Positions 1 to 11,634 of a stretch of DNA of 64,000 nucleotides are shown one piece after another; position 1 is the stretch's first letter, and the number at the start of each line of letters is the position of its first letter. The notes below the pieces were generated by a model. That model saw only the letters and a program-made list of their open reading frames with translations, made no database searches and was not told the origin of the DNA. The position numbers and the translations under genes were made by a program. Origin of the DNA: Salpingoeca rosetta (Eukaryota > Protista > Choanoflagellata); the NCBI GenBank assembly GCA_033442325.1, contig JAWQFM010000027.1, positions 67,844 through 131,843 on the forward strand. The letters are read 5' to 3'.

Positions 1-69
<69 letters not shown>

Positions 70-82
70 GCGCGCGCGCGCG
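1..82. repeat. (CA)n tract followed by (CG)14 at 55-82, intronic
   Basis: Directly visible alternating purine-pyrimidine run. Confidence 0.95.
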
Positions 83-96
83 CAACAACAACTCAC

Positions 97-220
97 CAGC
101 AGCTGCTTCTTGACAAACTCGTACGATACAAAATAAAATGGAGATCCAACAAGACCTGAGCGATTACGGCACCGAGTGCATGCACGCAAAGGAGCATGAG
201 ATGATGAAGATGATGATGAC

Positions 221-251
<31 letters not shown>

Positions 252-1364
252 CAATTCACAGCGATGCAAAACACAATGGTGCGAACACAGGGCATGGTTC
301 ATGGTGTCGAGTGCACTGGTGGTAGCACAACCGCAGGATCACCAGCAGTGCAGCACCAGCACACACGTACGTGTGAGGACGGTGATTCTGTATCCTGCAA
401 AGATGCCCTTGATGCCATCATGCGCGATGGTCTGACGAATAACATCAAAAGGACCGCTGTACTGCCGCTTGGCTCCAAACCGCTGCACCTGCGGAGATCA
501 ACACGTGAACACGTGTGTAGATGAGGCAGCAAGAATCGCAAGAGTCGTAAGTGAGACAAACGCATGAGCGAGCGAGAAGGCGATGACAAGACCAGCGCAG
601 CTGAAAGCACACACACGACTGCTGGAAAGTTTTGCACAGGCTCGTTGTGCGCGCGCACACGCACACACTCACTGACTCACGCACACGCACGCACATACAC
701 ACTCACACACACTGACTCACACACGCACACACACGCACACACATACACACACTCTCTCTCACTGACTCACACACACTCACACACACACTGACTCAAACAC
801 ACACACACACACATACACACACACACACAAATCATGCACCTGGAGGCGGCACTTGATCATTTCGACGGGCGCAAGGATGGTGCAGTAGACGGGAGCAGTC
901 ATGACGGCAGCAAGAACCACTTGCGGCATGGAAAGCGCGTCGGGTCTGGTGTCGAAAGCGGTCGCCACCACACGCTTCATAAAGCCGTTGGTGCCGAAGA
1001 GGGCGGCGTTCAACGCACCGGACATGACGATGGGCGGACCAACGCCCTTGTAGAAGCCTCGCAGGCCCTGGAGGAACGTGATGCGTGATGGGTACCGTTG
1101 GGAGAATATGGTCGAACGAGCGAGGGTGAGAGAGGGGCGAGGAGGAGCGACATCAAAACACATAACACACATGCAAGAACCGCCACAAGTACCACAAGTG
1201 TTCTCATAGGTCAGGTCACATGCACGCACCTCTTTCTGTGCCGTCTCTGACATGCAGTGCCATACGCCACGATAGTAGCTGCTACTTTGCATGCGGACCT
1301 GCGGGCACATGGGGGGGGGGGAGACATGACGAATGAGAGGTGCATGTGTGTGTATGCGCGCAAT

Positions 1365-1410
<46 letters not shown>

Positions 1411-1783
1411 AGTGTGGATAATCGATGAGCAATGACATCACCACCACAATCTCACGATCATCGCCATCACACACACACACACTCGCACATAAACACACAC
1501 ACACACACACACACACACACTCGAACATAAACACACACATACAAATACACTCACATACCATCACACACACCATCACACACACCATCACACACACCATCAC
1601 ACACACACACACACCATCACACACCTTCACAGTGTCGAGGGGGTGACCCACAAGGACCTGCAAGATGCCACCGACGGTGCCGCCCAACAGCTCTGCCGCA
1701 AGGCGACCTCCCTTGTCCCCATGGTTGGCCGTTGCGGCCTTTTTCCCATCATCACCCTCCTCCATGCTTATTCTCTCAACCAT
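97..1783 (-). CDS. Mitochondrial carrier (SLC25 family, carnitine/ornithine-carrier-like); spliced, 3' end runs off the window start
   Basis: Exons read GGTVGGILQVLVGHPLDTVK | VRMQSSSYYRGVWHCMSETAQKE | GLRGFYKGVGPP...LAPVEMIKCRLQ | VQRFGAKRQYSGPFDVIRQTIAHDGIKGIFAG | GSPFYFVSYEFVKKQLL. Contains Px[DE]xxK carrier signatures and GT-AG introns. Confidence 0.93.
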
Positions 1784-2177
1784 CTTCCTTCTTGTGAGTG
1801 TGAGCTTCTGATCTGATCTGACAGCTTTGCTTCTTCTGCTTCTGATGGCAGCGCACACGTGTGTATGTGCCGTTATTGGAAGCGTTGCGGCGCGTTGTTG
1901 TGTGCGATCCATTCAAGGCGCGTTGTTGTCTTTTGTGGTTTGCTTTCATATCATCTGAGTCAGCATTTATTTTCAACGGCCAATATCCAAACACCAAAGA
2001 CAACAACAGCACAGGCGCACGCGACAACAGAACAGACACGCGACAAGAAACACACGCGACACAGCCTTTGCTCTCTCTCGCTCTCTCTCACGGTCACCGT
2101 GTCTTCACCCTTTCCCGTGCCTCCCTTCCCACCACACCCACACACGTGCACACATACCACCAAGAGCAGCGGTAACA

Positions 2178-3444
2178 ATGTCTTCCATCTGGGCCAAGGC
2201 CAAGCAGCAGTGGACGTGCACCACGTGCTACTCTGGGAACCCACTGGACGTGAACAAGTGCCGCGCGTGCGAGGCTGCTCGGCCAGGGACAGCCGCAGCA
2301 GATGCCACGAAGAAGCCAGCCTCCGCCACCACAGGCGCGGACGCTGCCGGTGACAACAAGAAGCCTGCGTTCAAGTTTGGCGCAAGCACCAAGGCCGGTG
2401 ATGGCAAAGACGCTACCACCAAGGACGCCAGCAACAACAGCACCGCCACGACGAGCGGCAAGCCAGCCACCACTGGCGGATCCTCCATCTGGGCCAAGGC
2501 CAAGCAGCAGTGGACATGCTCTGCATGCTACTCTGGAAACCCACTGGACGTGGACAAGTGCCGTGCCTGCGAGGCCGCGCGGCCTGGTACCTCTGGTGTG
2601 AAGGAGGCAGCATCTGCCGATGCAAGTGCTGGTGAGACCGCTGCCAAGCCCGCATTCAAGTTTGGTGCCAGCACGAGCAGCACCGCAGGTACGGCTGCGC
2701 CTTCCAGCGGGTTCAAGTTTGGCGCCAGCAAGTCATCATCTACAACGACCCCCGCAACCACTGGCGGCTTTAAGTTTGGCGCCTCTTCATCCACAGCAAC
2801 CACCAAGCCCGCTTCCGGTGCGTTCCAGTGTCCGTCTGTGTAGGTGTGCGGGCGTTCATGTGTGTGTGTGTGTGTGTGTGTGTAGATGTGTGTGTGTGAG
2901 TGTGTGTGTAGATGTGTGTGAGTGTGTGCAGATGTGTGTGTGTGTGTGTAGATGTGTGTCTGTTCCTGTGTCTGTGTGAGCATTGCTTTGCTGCTTGATC
3001 GTGAAGCTGCTTCTTCCCCGCGCACTCCTTCATGGCTGCTGTGACCCATTTCTGCTCACTTGCGGGGTATTGCTGTGATGTTGGTGGCCAGGCGGGTTCA
3101 AGTTTGGAGCAAGCACGAGCACCTCCAAGCCGGCAGCGACGGGCGGCTTCAAGTTTGGAGCCGCAACAGCCAAGGACGAGGAGAAGAAGGGAGAGGACGG
3201 ACAGGAAGAAGACAAGGAAGAAGACAAGGAGGAAGACAAGGGGGAGGAGAAGGAGGAAGACAAGAAGGAAGACAAGGAGGAGGAGAAGGAGGAAGACAAG
3301 AAGCCTGCCACGCGTGCAACCCGCCGCACGACGCGCAGCGCCAAGAAGAAGGCTGAGGAGGAAGGCAGTGCCGAGGACGGTGATGCTGATGCTGATGCTG
3401 ATGCTGACGAGAACCAGCCCAAGAAGCGGGCAAAGCGCACGTGA
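2178..3444 (+). CDS. RanBP2-type zinc finger (x2) protein with FKFG repeats and acidic/basic tail; nucleoporin-like. Exons ~2178-2817 and 3092-3444
   Basis: Two W-x-C-x2-C-x3-N-x6-C-x2-C motifs (WTCTTCYSGNPLDVNKCRAC; WTCSACYSGNPLDVDKCRAC), six FKFG repeats, an E/K/D-rich tail, and a C-terminal PKKRAKRT NLS-like stretch. Confidence 0.85.
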
Positions 3445-3452
3445 GACACGCG

Positions 3453-3490
<38 letters not shown>

Positions 3491-4180
3491 ATCTTCCTTC
3501 TCCTTCTTCTTCTTTTTCCTCTTTTCTGTTCGTGTGGGCACAGCCACGCGATGGGTTGTTGGTTGTGTAGTGGGGGGGGATGATAAGTGACGAGAGGGGG
3601 CGCGGTTGTTGGGGGATGCGATCTGGTGGGCGATGAGGGTGGTAGCTGACTCTGATGATGGGCTGTGTGCTCCCGTGCTTTGACCGCACACATCAACCAG
3701 TAAACAAGACGAACAACACACACGCGCGCGCGCGGAATTTGATGCATCCATGGTTTGCGCCATTAGCAACTGTGGTGATGATGGGCGAAACTGCAAGCTT
3801 TAATCAGGACGCACAGGCAAACCACCACACTACACAGACATGCGTGTGCACAAACCACACGTGTACACGAACACATGCGCACACTTACGCACACACGTGG
3901 ACGAACAATGGCACAAACGACACAGGACGCACAGGACGACTAAGATAGAGCGAGAGGGGGGAGAGAGGAGGGGGCTGTTGGATTGGGTGTGGAGAGTGTG
4001 CACTCAGTTCTTGGAGAGAATGAATGAGAGGAAGAGAATACAGTGGAGGATTGAGACTGAAGCTGCCGTGTCGACAGGTTCATCATGGCTGATAGAGGAA
4101 GAGGGTGTTTGAAGGAGAGGGAGAGGCAAGAGGGGGATTGGGAGGGGAGCGAAGAGCGCCCCCGGGGGGGGGTGCACAGC

Positions 4181-4370
4181 TCAGGAGCGCTGCGGGGCGG
4201 GGGCCATGCCGGGGACGGCGCCCATCTGGGACGATGGCGCACCGCCAGTCAACTGCAGCATACATGGGCGGCGTTGGGGAAGGGGTGTTCAAGGGTGAGC
4301 TGCGGTGAAGCGAGGGGGGAGGAAGGTGTGTGTGTGTGTGTGTGTGCATGTGTGTGTGTATGTGTGTGTG

Positions 4371-4446
<76 letters not shown>

Positions 4447-5308
4447 GGGAACGGCTGCAACATGTGTTGTTGTTGGTGTTGTTGTTGAAGGACGCACCAT
4501 CTGTTGGTGTTGCATGCGGATGCTCTCCGCCTGCTGTGCCTGCATTTGCTCCTGTGGAGAAGGAAACAATCATGTCAGAACAGAAGACACGTGAGAAGCA
4601 AGCCGAAAACGATGCTGAGAGGTCCATGATCACACGTTGAGGTGCACGCATGCAAGTAACCAAGCAAACGGGTGGCCAGCAAAGACTTGCACGCACAACC
4701 CCCTGAACGTATCAAGCACCCGCACAAAACGCAAACACACACACACACGCACAAAACGCAAACACACACACGCATGGAGAGAGAGAGACACACACACACA
4801 CAGACACACACACAGAGACACACACAGAGACACACACAGACACACACACACACAGACACACACACACGCACATACATACACACACACGCTCACACTGACC
4901 TGATCAGACTCGTACTGGGGGATGAGACCGAGGACAAGTGCCGAGGAAGCAAGAATCCAAAGGAGCTTGCCGCCGTAAGTGTATGCGTTCGACACCTGCG
5001 CCACAACAACGCAGCATGGTTGGTGCGGTGAGTGAACATTGAAAGTGAAAGGTGGAAGGGTGGATTGGCAGCAGATACAAGAACGCACCACTGGGAGCAC
5101 ACAGCACACCACTGGGAGCACACATCTGGGAGCAAACAATGCACAACACCTAGCACGCAACAAACAACAGAGCATGCAGCACAGTACGCACGGTCCAAGC
5201 GGTGGTGGAGGCGGCGGAAGAGACCATCTTGCGCACGGGCTCTGGGAACATCTCCTGCAGCGCGGCGACGCGCTCAGCGAACGTCTCGTCCTCAAACTGC
5301 TCAGCCAT
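4181..5308 (-). CDS. TOMM22: Mitochondrial import receptor Tom22 (4 exons)
   Basis: MAEQFEDETFAERVAALQEMFPEPVR matches the Tom22 ETxxERxxxLxEMFP motif. TM segment LLWILASSALVLGLIP, a Q-rich tail, and a last exon LTGGAPSSQMGAVPGMAPAPQRS*. Confidence 0.88.
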
Positions 5309-5776
5309 GGTGCTCTTGTGGTGGTGTATGTATCTTTGTGTCGCTACAACACGAGGAGGAACAGGAAAAGGTCGAAAGAAACAGTGGACAGGTGTGTGCG
5401 TGAATGTGTGTGAATGAGTGTGTGCGTGAATGTGTGCGTGAATGTGTGCGTGTGTGAGAGTGTGGCAAATATCTCGGCACACGCACACACGCGCAAATGC
5501 GCACACGCGCGTACAACAATGAGTACAATAAAGAGCAACACCAACGGCGGCACCACCAACAACAACATGGGCATCATCATAGCCACCATCATATCGCCCT
5601 GCAGCAAACCCACGTGATGCTCCTTCCTTCCTCGCTTGCTCTTCTTGTCTTGTGCTCTTTTTGGGTGTTGCTCGTTCTTGCCAATGATGACGATTGGTTG
5701 ATATCTTTTACAATTAATCGACAGATTTTACCACATCTGGCATAACGTGATTTGCCTTTGTGAAGTGGCTTGCGGT

Positions 5777-7333
5777 TCACTCTCCTCTGTACACGACCAC
5801 GTTCTTGTCTGTCTCGTGCACCTTGACCTGTGCAAGTGTGCATGTGTGTGTGTGTGCATGTAAGAAAGTAGAAGCGGCTCGCATTCAGTGGAGAAGTGCA
5901 GCCAAAATCAGACAAGTTGCGACACACACACACACACACACACACACCTCGTGCAGTTGTGCGTTGTCCGGGAGCATCTCCTGCAGCTGGTCCCAAATGA
6001 ACACGGCCACGTTCTCCGTCGTGCTGGCAGCAGATGAAAAAGAAGGCAACAGATGCAGTGGATGCGGGACTTGAGGCAAGGGCGTCACGGGCGAGGATGG
6101 TTGGAAGGGAAGCTGCAAGCACCACGCACATGCAAGCACACACATACACAAGTACCCAAACACACACACACACAGGTTATCCAAACACACACACACAGGT
6201 TATCCAAACACACACACACACATGCGCACACATCACACACACACACACACACACAAACATGCGCACACATCACACGGCAGCTCACCTGACGACGTGCTTA
6301 AAGTAGGGCACATCCAAGTCCAGGTGTTTGTGGTCCATCGTGTCCATGATGGCTTTCTGTAGGTACAGGCAAACATCCCATTCGGGTTGTGCCACAGCAA
6401 CGAGAGACGCAAGGTACAGCATAGCACAGCAATGAATGCATCGCTGTGCTGATTGGCAAGTGCTCCATGTCGCAAACAGCACACGCGCACACACACCTTC
6501 ATGTATTGCTTGAGATCCACGAGGTTGATGACCATGCCCGTCTTAGGATCAACACTTCCGCGCAACGTTACCTCCACTGCCAGTTGTGTGCGTGTGTACG
6601 TGTATGTGTGAGTGTGTGTGTGAGTAAGTGCTTGAGTGCATGCAAACATGACTGCATTTGTCTGTATACAAACATGACTGCATTTGTCGGTATGCAAACA
6701 TGACTGCATTTATGTGGAAGCTCATGCATACAAGTACCTTCCTTCCCTCCCCTCCCCCCTCCCTTCCTCAGACACGCATGCACATGGTAACCATACCTTT
6801 GTAGTTGTGGCCATGGCCGTTTGGGTTGTTGCATTTGCCAAAGATGCGCTTGTTCTCCTCATCGGAGAGGTGAATGGAGTGTAGGCGATGGCACGCCGAG
6901 AACGACTCCACCCGCGAAATGTAGCACACCGGGGCTCCACCTGTGAGTGAGGGAGAACAGAGCATCGTCAGCGTGATGGCGTGAGCAGTTGACGGTGTGG
7001 GCAGTTGACGGTGTGAGCAGTCACAGCAGTGGCAGATGCAAGAGCATTCGCAGTGAGAGCAGTGCAGCCATGCCGTGTCAGTGTCACTGTCAGTGTCAGT
7101 GTCAGTGTCACTGTCAGTGTCAGTGTCAGTGCCTTCTCTTTCTTCTTCACAACCACACATGCACACACACGTGCACACACACGTGCACATACACGTGCAC
7201 ACACACATGCACACACACACGCACACACACGTGCACACACACACACGCACACACATGCACACAACACACCACGTTTCGCCTGCTTTGCCTTTGGCTCTGT
7301 CATCATCATCGAGTGTTTGTCGCCTTTCTCCAC
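5777..7333 (-). CDS. PTS: 6-pyruvoyl tetrahydropterin synthase (start uncertain, ATGs at 7333/7309)
   Basis: Exons [35 protein letters not shown] | [23 protein letters not shown] | [12 protein letters not shown] | [11 protein letters not shown] | [16 protein letters not shown]. Zn-binding His residues and the active Cys are present. Confidence 0.95.
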
Positions 7334-8469
7334 TGTTTTGTTTTCTGCTGACTGTGCAAAATTCTGCGGCGCGATTTCCTCCTTTGGAAACCGCTGTCAA
7401 CATTGACAGGGAATGTGTGAGTTTGTGCATTTTTGCGTTTTCTGCGAAGACGTACGCCAATCATCTCGTCAGGGTGGGCGGTGCCCGCTTTTCTGGTCTC
7501 GTGCATGCAGGCACAACAGCAATAACACAAAAACAACAAAAAAATAACCCCTTCCCCCTTTCCCTCAAGCGAGAGTGCCCGCACAACAACAACCTCTGGC
7601 TTCTTTTCCCACCCTTTTTTTTCCTGTGCTTCGTTGCTCTCTCGCTTCTTTCTTGTTGTTCTTCTTGTCGTGCCTCTCTCAGTCAGCCTTGTTGCTCTCT
7701 GCCTGTGCTCACTGCCATCATTACATTCTCCTGGCACTCTCTGCTTGTTTTGTTTTGCCACCGCATCGCTCCGACCGCCACTTGTCCACCACACCTCCTC
7801 GCCCTCTCCCTTCTCCCCCGCAGCTCAGCTTCCAACCCTCGGTAAGTTTTTGTCACCAGCAGCGTGTGTGTGTATGTGTGTGTGTGTATGTGTAGTGGCT
7901 GGTGGTCATGGAGGTGGGTGGTGGCTGTACATGGATGGATGGATGGCGTCGACGCTTTGTGTCGACTCGACAACGTCTTGCTTGCAAGCACAGCCAGCCA
8001 GCGTGTTGTTGTTCTGTTGTTTGCTTGTGCGTTGGCAGCCACCATGCCACCATGCCACCGCCCCCTTTTCTTGCCTTTGCGTGATGATGGGGAGCAAAGC
8101 GCGCGAGCCATCATCAAAGACAAAGCATTTGTTGCGTGCGAGCAAAAATACCTCAAGCAACAGCTCGTGCTCTCTTGCTTGCTTGCACGCACCACCACAA
8201 CCACAATCATCTGCCACCCACTTGACCAGACACACACACACGACACCATCCACGTTGCTGCACGCACGAGCACAAGCATACTTGTGCCAGCACCCCACCT
8301 CAAGTTGTTTCTCTTGTCATCGCTCATTTTTTTTTCCTTTTGCATCGCACCACCTTCGTTGTCCTGCGTTCGTTCGTTTCATCCACGACCAAACCACAAC
8401 AACAACAACACACCGCACAACAACAACACACACCGCTCCCCTTCCTCTCCGTTGTCTGAACCAACAGCC

Positions 8470-9933
8470 ATGTCCAGCCCCAACGCTCTTGAGTGGACCC
8501 TCGGTCTCAAGAACCGTGCCACCGGCAAGTACCTCACCCAGGAGGCCTTTGGCAACGCCGTCAACGTCAACGGTGAGTCGCAACAAATATGAGAAAGGTG
8601 GCGGTGTGCTGTTTCTGAGCGCGACGTTGTGCGTGCGTTTGTGTCCTCTCCGTCACATACGCACGTACGCACGCACGCACTCTTCGCCGTCTCCCCTCTT
8701 GTCTCTCGCGCACACGCACACTCTCACCACAACGTTCTCTTCCACTCCACGTTGTCCCCCCCCCCCTCTCTCTCTCCTACACTTTGCAGGTGGCTCCCTG
8801 CGCCAGAAGCAGACATGGACCCTCATCTCTGCTGAGGATGGCAGCGTGCACCTGCGCTCGTACCTGGGCAAGTACCTGTACGGCGACAACGACGGCAACG
8901 TCAAGTGCGACGCCGAGTCCCCCTCCGCCGACACCCAGTGGACCATCCAGCCCCAGCCAGATGGCACATGGGCCCTCATCTCCGCCAAGAACTACTACTT
9001 CCACGGCACCGGCACCAACATCAGCGCCTTCCTCGAGGCCAAGGAGGGTGTTGCCGCGCCTGGCGACGGCCTTTGGGTGGTCCACCTCGCCATGCACCCG
9101 CAAATCAACCTGTACAACTCCATGCGCAAGCGCTACGTCCACCTCTCTGGCGACGAGCTCCACTGCGACGAGGACATCCCATGGGGCGACGATGCCCTGC
9201 TCAACCTCATCTTCTTCGACGACCACCCGGATGGCCGCTACGGCATCCAGTCGTGCAACGGCAAGTTCCTCGAGAACAGCGGCCGCCTCGTCGACCAGCC
9301 CAACGCCAACTGCCAGTTCCTCCTCGGCTTCCACGACAACCAGGTCTCCTTCCTCGACTCTGACGGCAGTAAGTTGTGAAAAGCGTGTGTGTTGCGTGCA
9401 TGCGCGCGCGTGTGTGTGTGTGTGTGTGTGTTGCATGCATGCATTTGGAAACAAGTGTGCAGTGGAGCCGTGTTTTGCCTTTTCGCTTCACCCACCACAC
9501 CTTTACTCGTGTCCACTCACCATCATCTTGCTTGTTTCAACACACACTCACACACACACACACGCACTCACTCACTCACACAACCACCCTTGCAGAGTTT
9601 CTGTCCTGCGTTGGCGGCTCTGGCGTGCTGAAGACCAACAAGCAGAAGGTGACCAAGGACGAGCTGTTTGTCATCCAGGACTCGCAGCCCCAGTTCATCA
9701 TCACAGACAACCGCGGCAAGTTTGTCTCTGTGCGCAACGGCTTTGAGGTCAAGGCCGACCAGCGCGAGGTGACCGACTTTGAGCGTTTCCAGATGGAGAT
9801 CACCTCCGAGGGCAACGTCTTCCTTCGCTCCAACAAGCTCAAGTACTGGACCGTTCGGCCAGACGGCACCATCGGCGCCGAGTCTGACTCGCCCAACGCC
9901 GACTGCACCTTCACCGTCGACGTGAGTGTGGCA

Positions 9934-9964
<31 letters not shown>

Positions 9965-10900
9965 TGAATTGGTTTGCTGAAGTTGCTTTGCACCCTTGCG
10001 TGGCATTTTGTGTGCTCCCAATGTGCCTCACCACTCACGGTCGTCTTCGCGCTCACCTTTCGCTGCTCCGCCTCGCATCGCTTCACAAATCCCCCCCCCC
10101 GGGGCGCAACCCCTGTCCCCAACAACAACAACAACAACAGTACTCTGCCGGCAACCGTGTGCGCTTCATTGCGCAGAACGGCAACCCGGTGTACGTGAAG
10201 CCCTCTGGTGCCCTCATGGCCAACGCTGGCGGCGACCCCGAGACCACCCTCTTCACCCTCACCATCATCAACCGCCCAACGCTCCTCCTCCGCGGCCAGT
10301 ACGGCTTTGTTGCCCTCAAGGGCGCCTCGGGCCGTGTTGAGTGCAACCGCGCCACGGGCAACCTGTTTGTCCTGGAGAACAAGGACGGCTTCTACCACCT
10401 CAAGACACAGGACGGCAAGTACTGGGGTGTCGATGTTGACGGTGTCACCGCCAACAGCTCCGCCCCCACAGACTTTGTGTTTGAGTTTGTGCGCCCCACA
10501 CACGCCCTCATCAAGCACGTGGAGTCGGGCAAGTACCTCCAGGGCCAGCAAAACGGCGGGTACGTCGCATCTTGTTCGCTTGTCGTGTGGTGTGGTGGTA
10601 ACTTGTGTGCGTGCGTGTGTGTGTGCGTGTGCGTGCCTGTCTGTGCGTGTGCGTGTGCGTGCCTGTCTGTGTGTGTGTGTGTGCATGCGTGGAGAGCCAA
10701 TTTGATTTAGTGTGCTTTGATCCAGTTCCCTACCTGCATGTTCTCCCCCTCCCCCTCCCCCCTCCCAACCACTCAAAACACTCACCTTGCTTCTCTCTTC
10801 TCCCCTCCCCCTCCCCTTCCGCCCTTTTCTTCGCAATCGCCTGTGCAGCTTCAAGGCCGAGGGTACCTCTGCTGGTGTCAACACTCTGTGGGAGTATTAA
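8470..10900 (+). CDS. FSCN: Fascin actin-bundling protein (5 exons, beta-trefoil repeats)
   Basis: GKYLTQEAFGNAVNVN | GSLRQKQTWTL...HLRSYLGKYL...VHLAMHPQINLY...DEDIPWGDDAL...KDELF...INRPTLLLRGQYGFV...NTLWEY*. These are characteristic fascin motifs. Confidence 0.96.
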
Positions 10901-11634
10901 GCAGGGTGTCCCTCCCTGTTGTCGTTGTTCGTTTGTGCTTGTCGTCGCAACGCGTATGTCATTTTCTTCCTCCTTGTCGTGGGTTCTGGCCCTCTCTCTG
11001 TGTTCGTTGGTGGCTCACCCTTCACCGTCGCCCTCGCTTGCTTGCGTGAGTGTGTGCGTGGGCTGGAGGCGAAGCCTTGACTTGAGTCTTTTGAGTTATG
11101 GCCGTGTCGATTGTGGTTCGTGTATGTGGGTGGGTGTATCTGCTGGGGGTGTCTGTGTGTGTGTGTGTACGTAGTTGTTGTTGCTGCGTGTGAACGGGGA
11201 CGCATGGTGGAATGGCCCCTTCTCGGACCCTTCACATGTGCTCGCCGCCACGTGTGGTCTTATGTTACACACCGCGATCGTCTTTGAGCTGAGTTGTTCT
11301 GTTTTTGCTGTTGGTTCGTGGGTGTGCCATCCTCCAGCCCTTCCAGTCCTCGCCTCTTCCTCTTCTTCTTCTTCTTCTTCTTCTTCTTCTTCTTCTGTGC
11401 TTTCTGGGTTGACCTCTTCCAAGCAACACCTTCCCCTTTCAACCGAACGAACGTGACAAGCGAAAGCGTGCCATCAACCGATCGAGCGGGGTGGAGTGTG
11501 ACTGTTGTCGTCCGTCCTGTGGGCAGGAAAAAGCAAGAAAGAGCAACAAGCGGACAGCAAGGTCTTTTTTCGCTTGCAACAGTGAACACACGCACACACA
11601 CAGAGAGAGCCACGCGGAGCAGGGGACAAGAAAG

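Noticed and set aside
138-524. 128-aa plus-strand ORF with poly-Met
   Set aside because: Antisense to carrier exons. The poly-Met comes from an intronic (ATG)n repeat.
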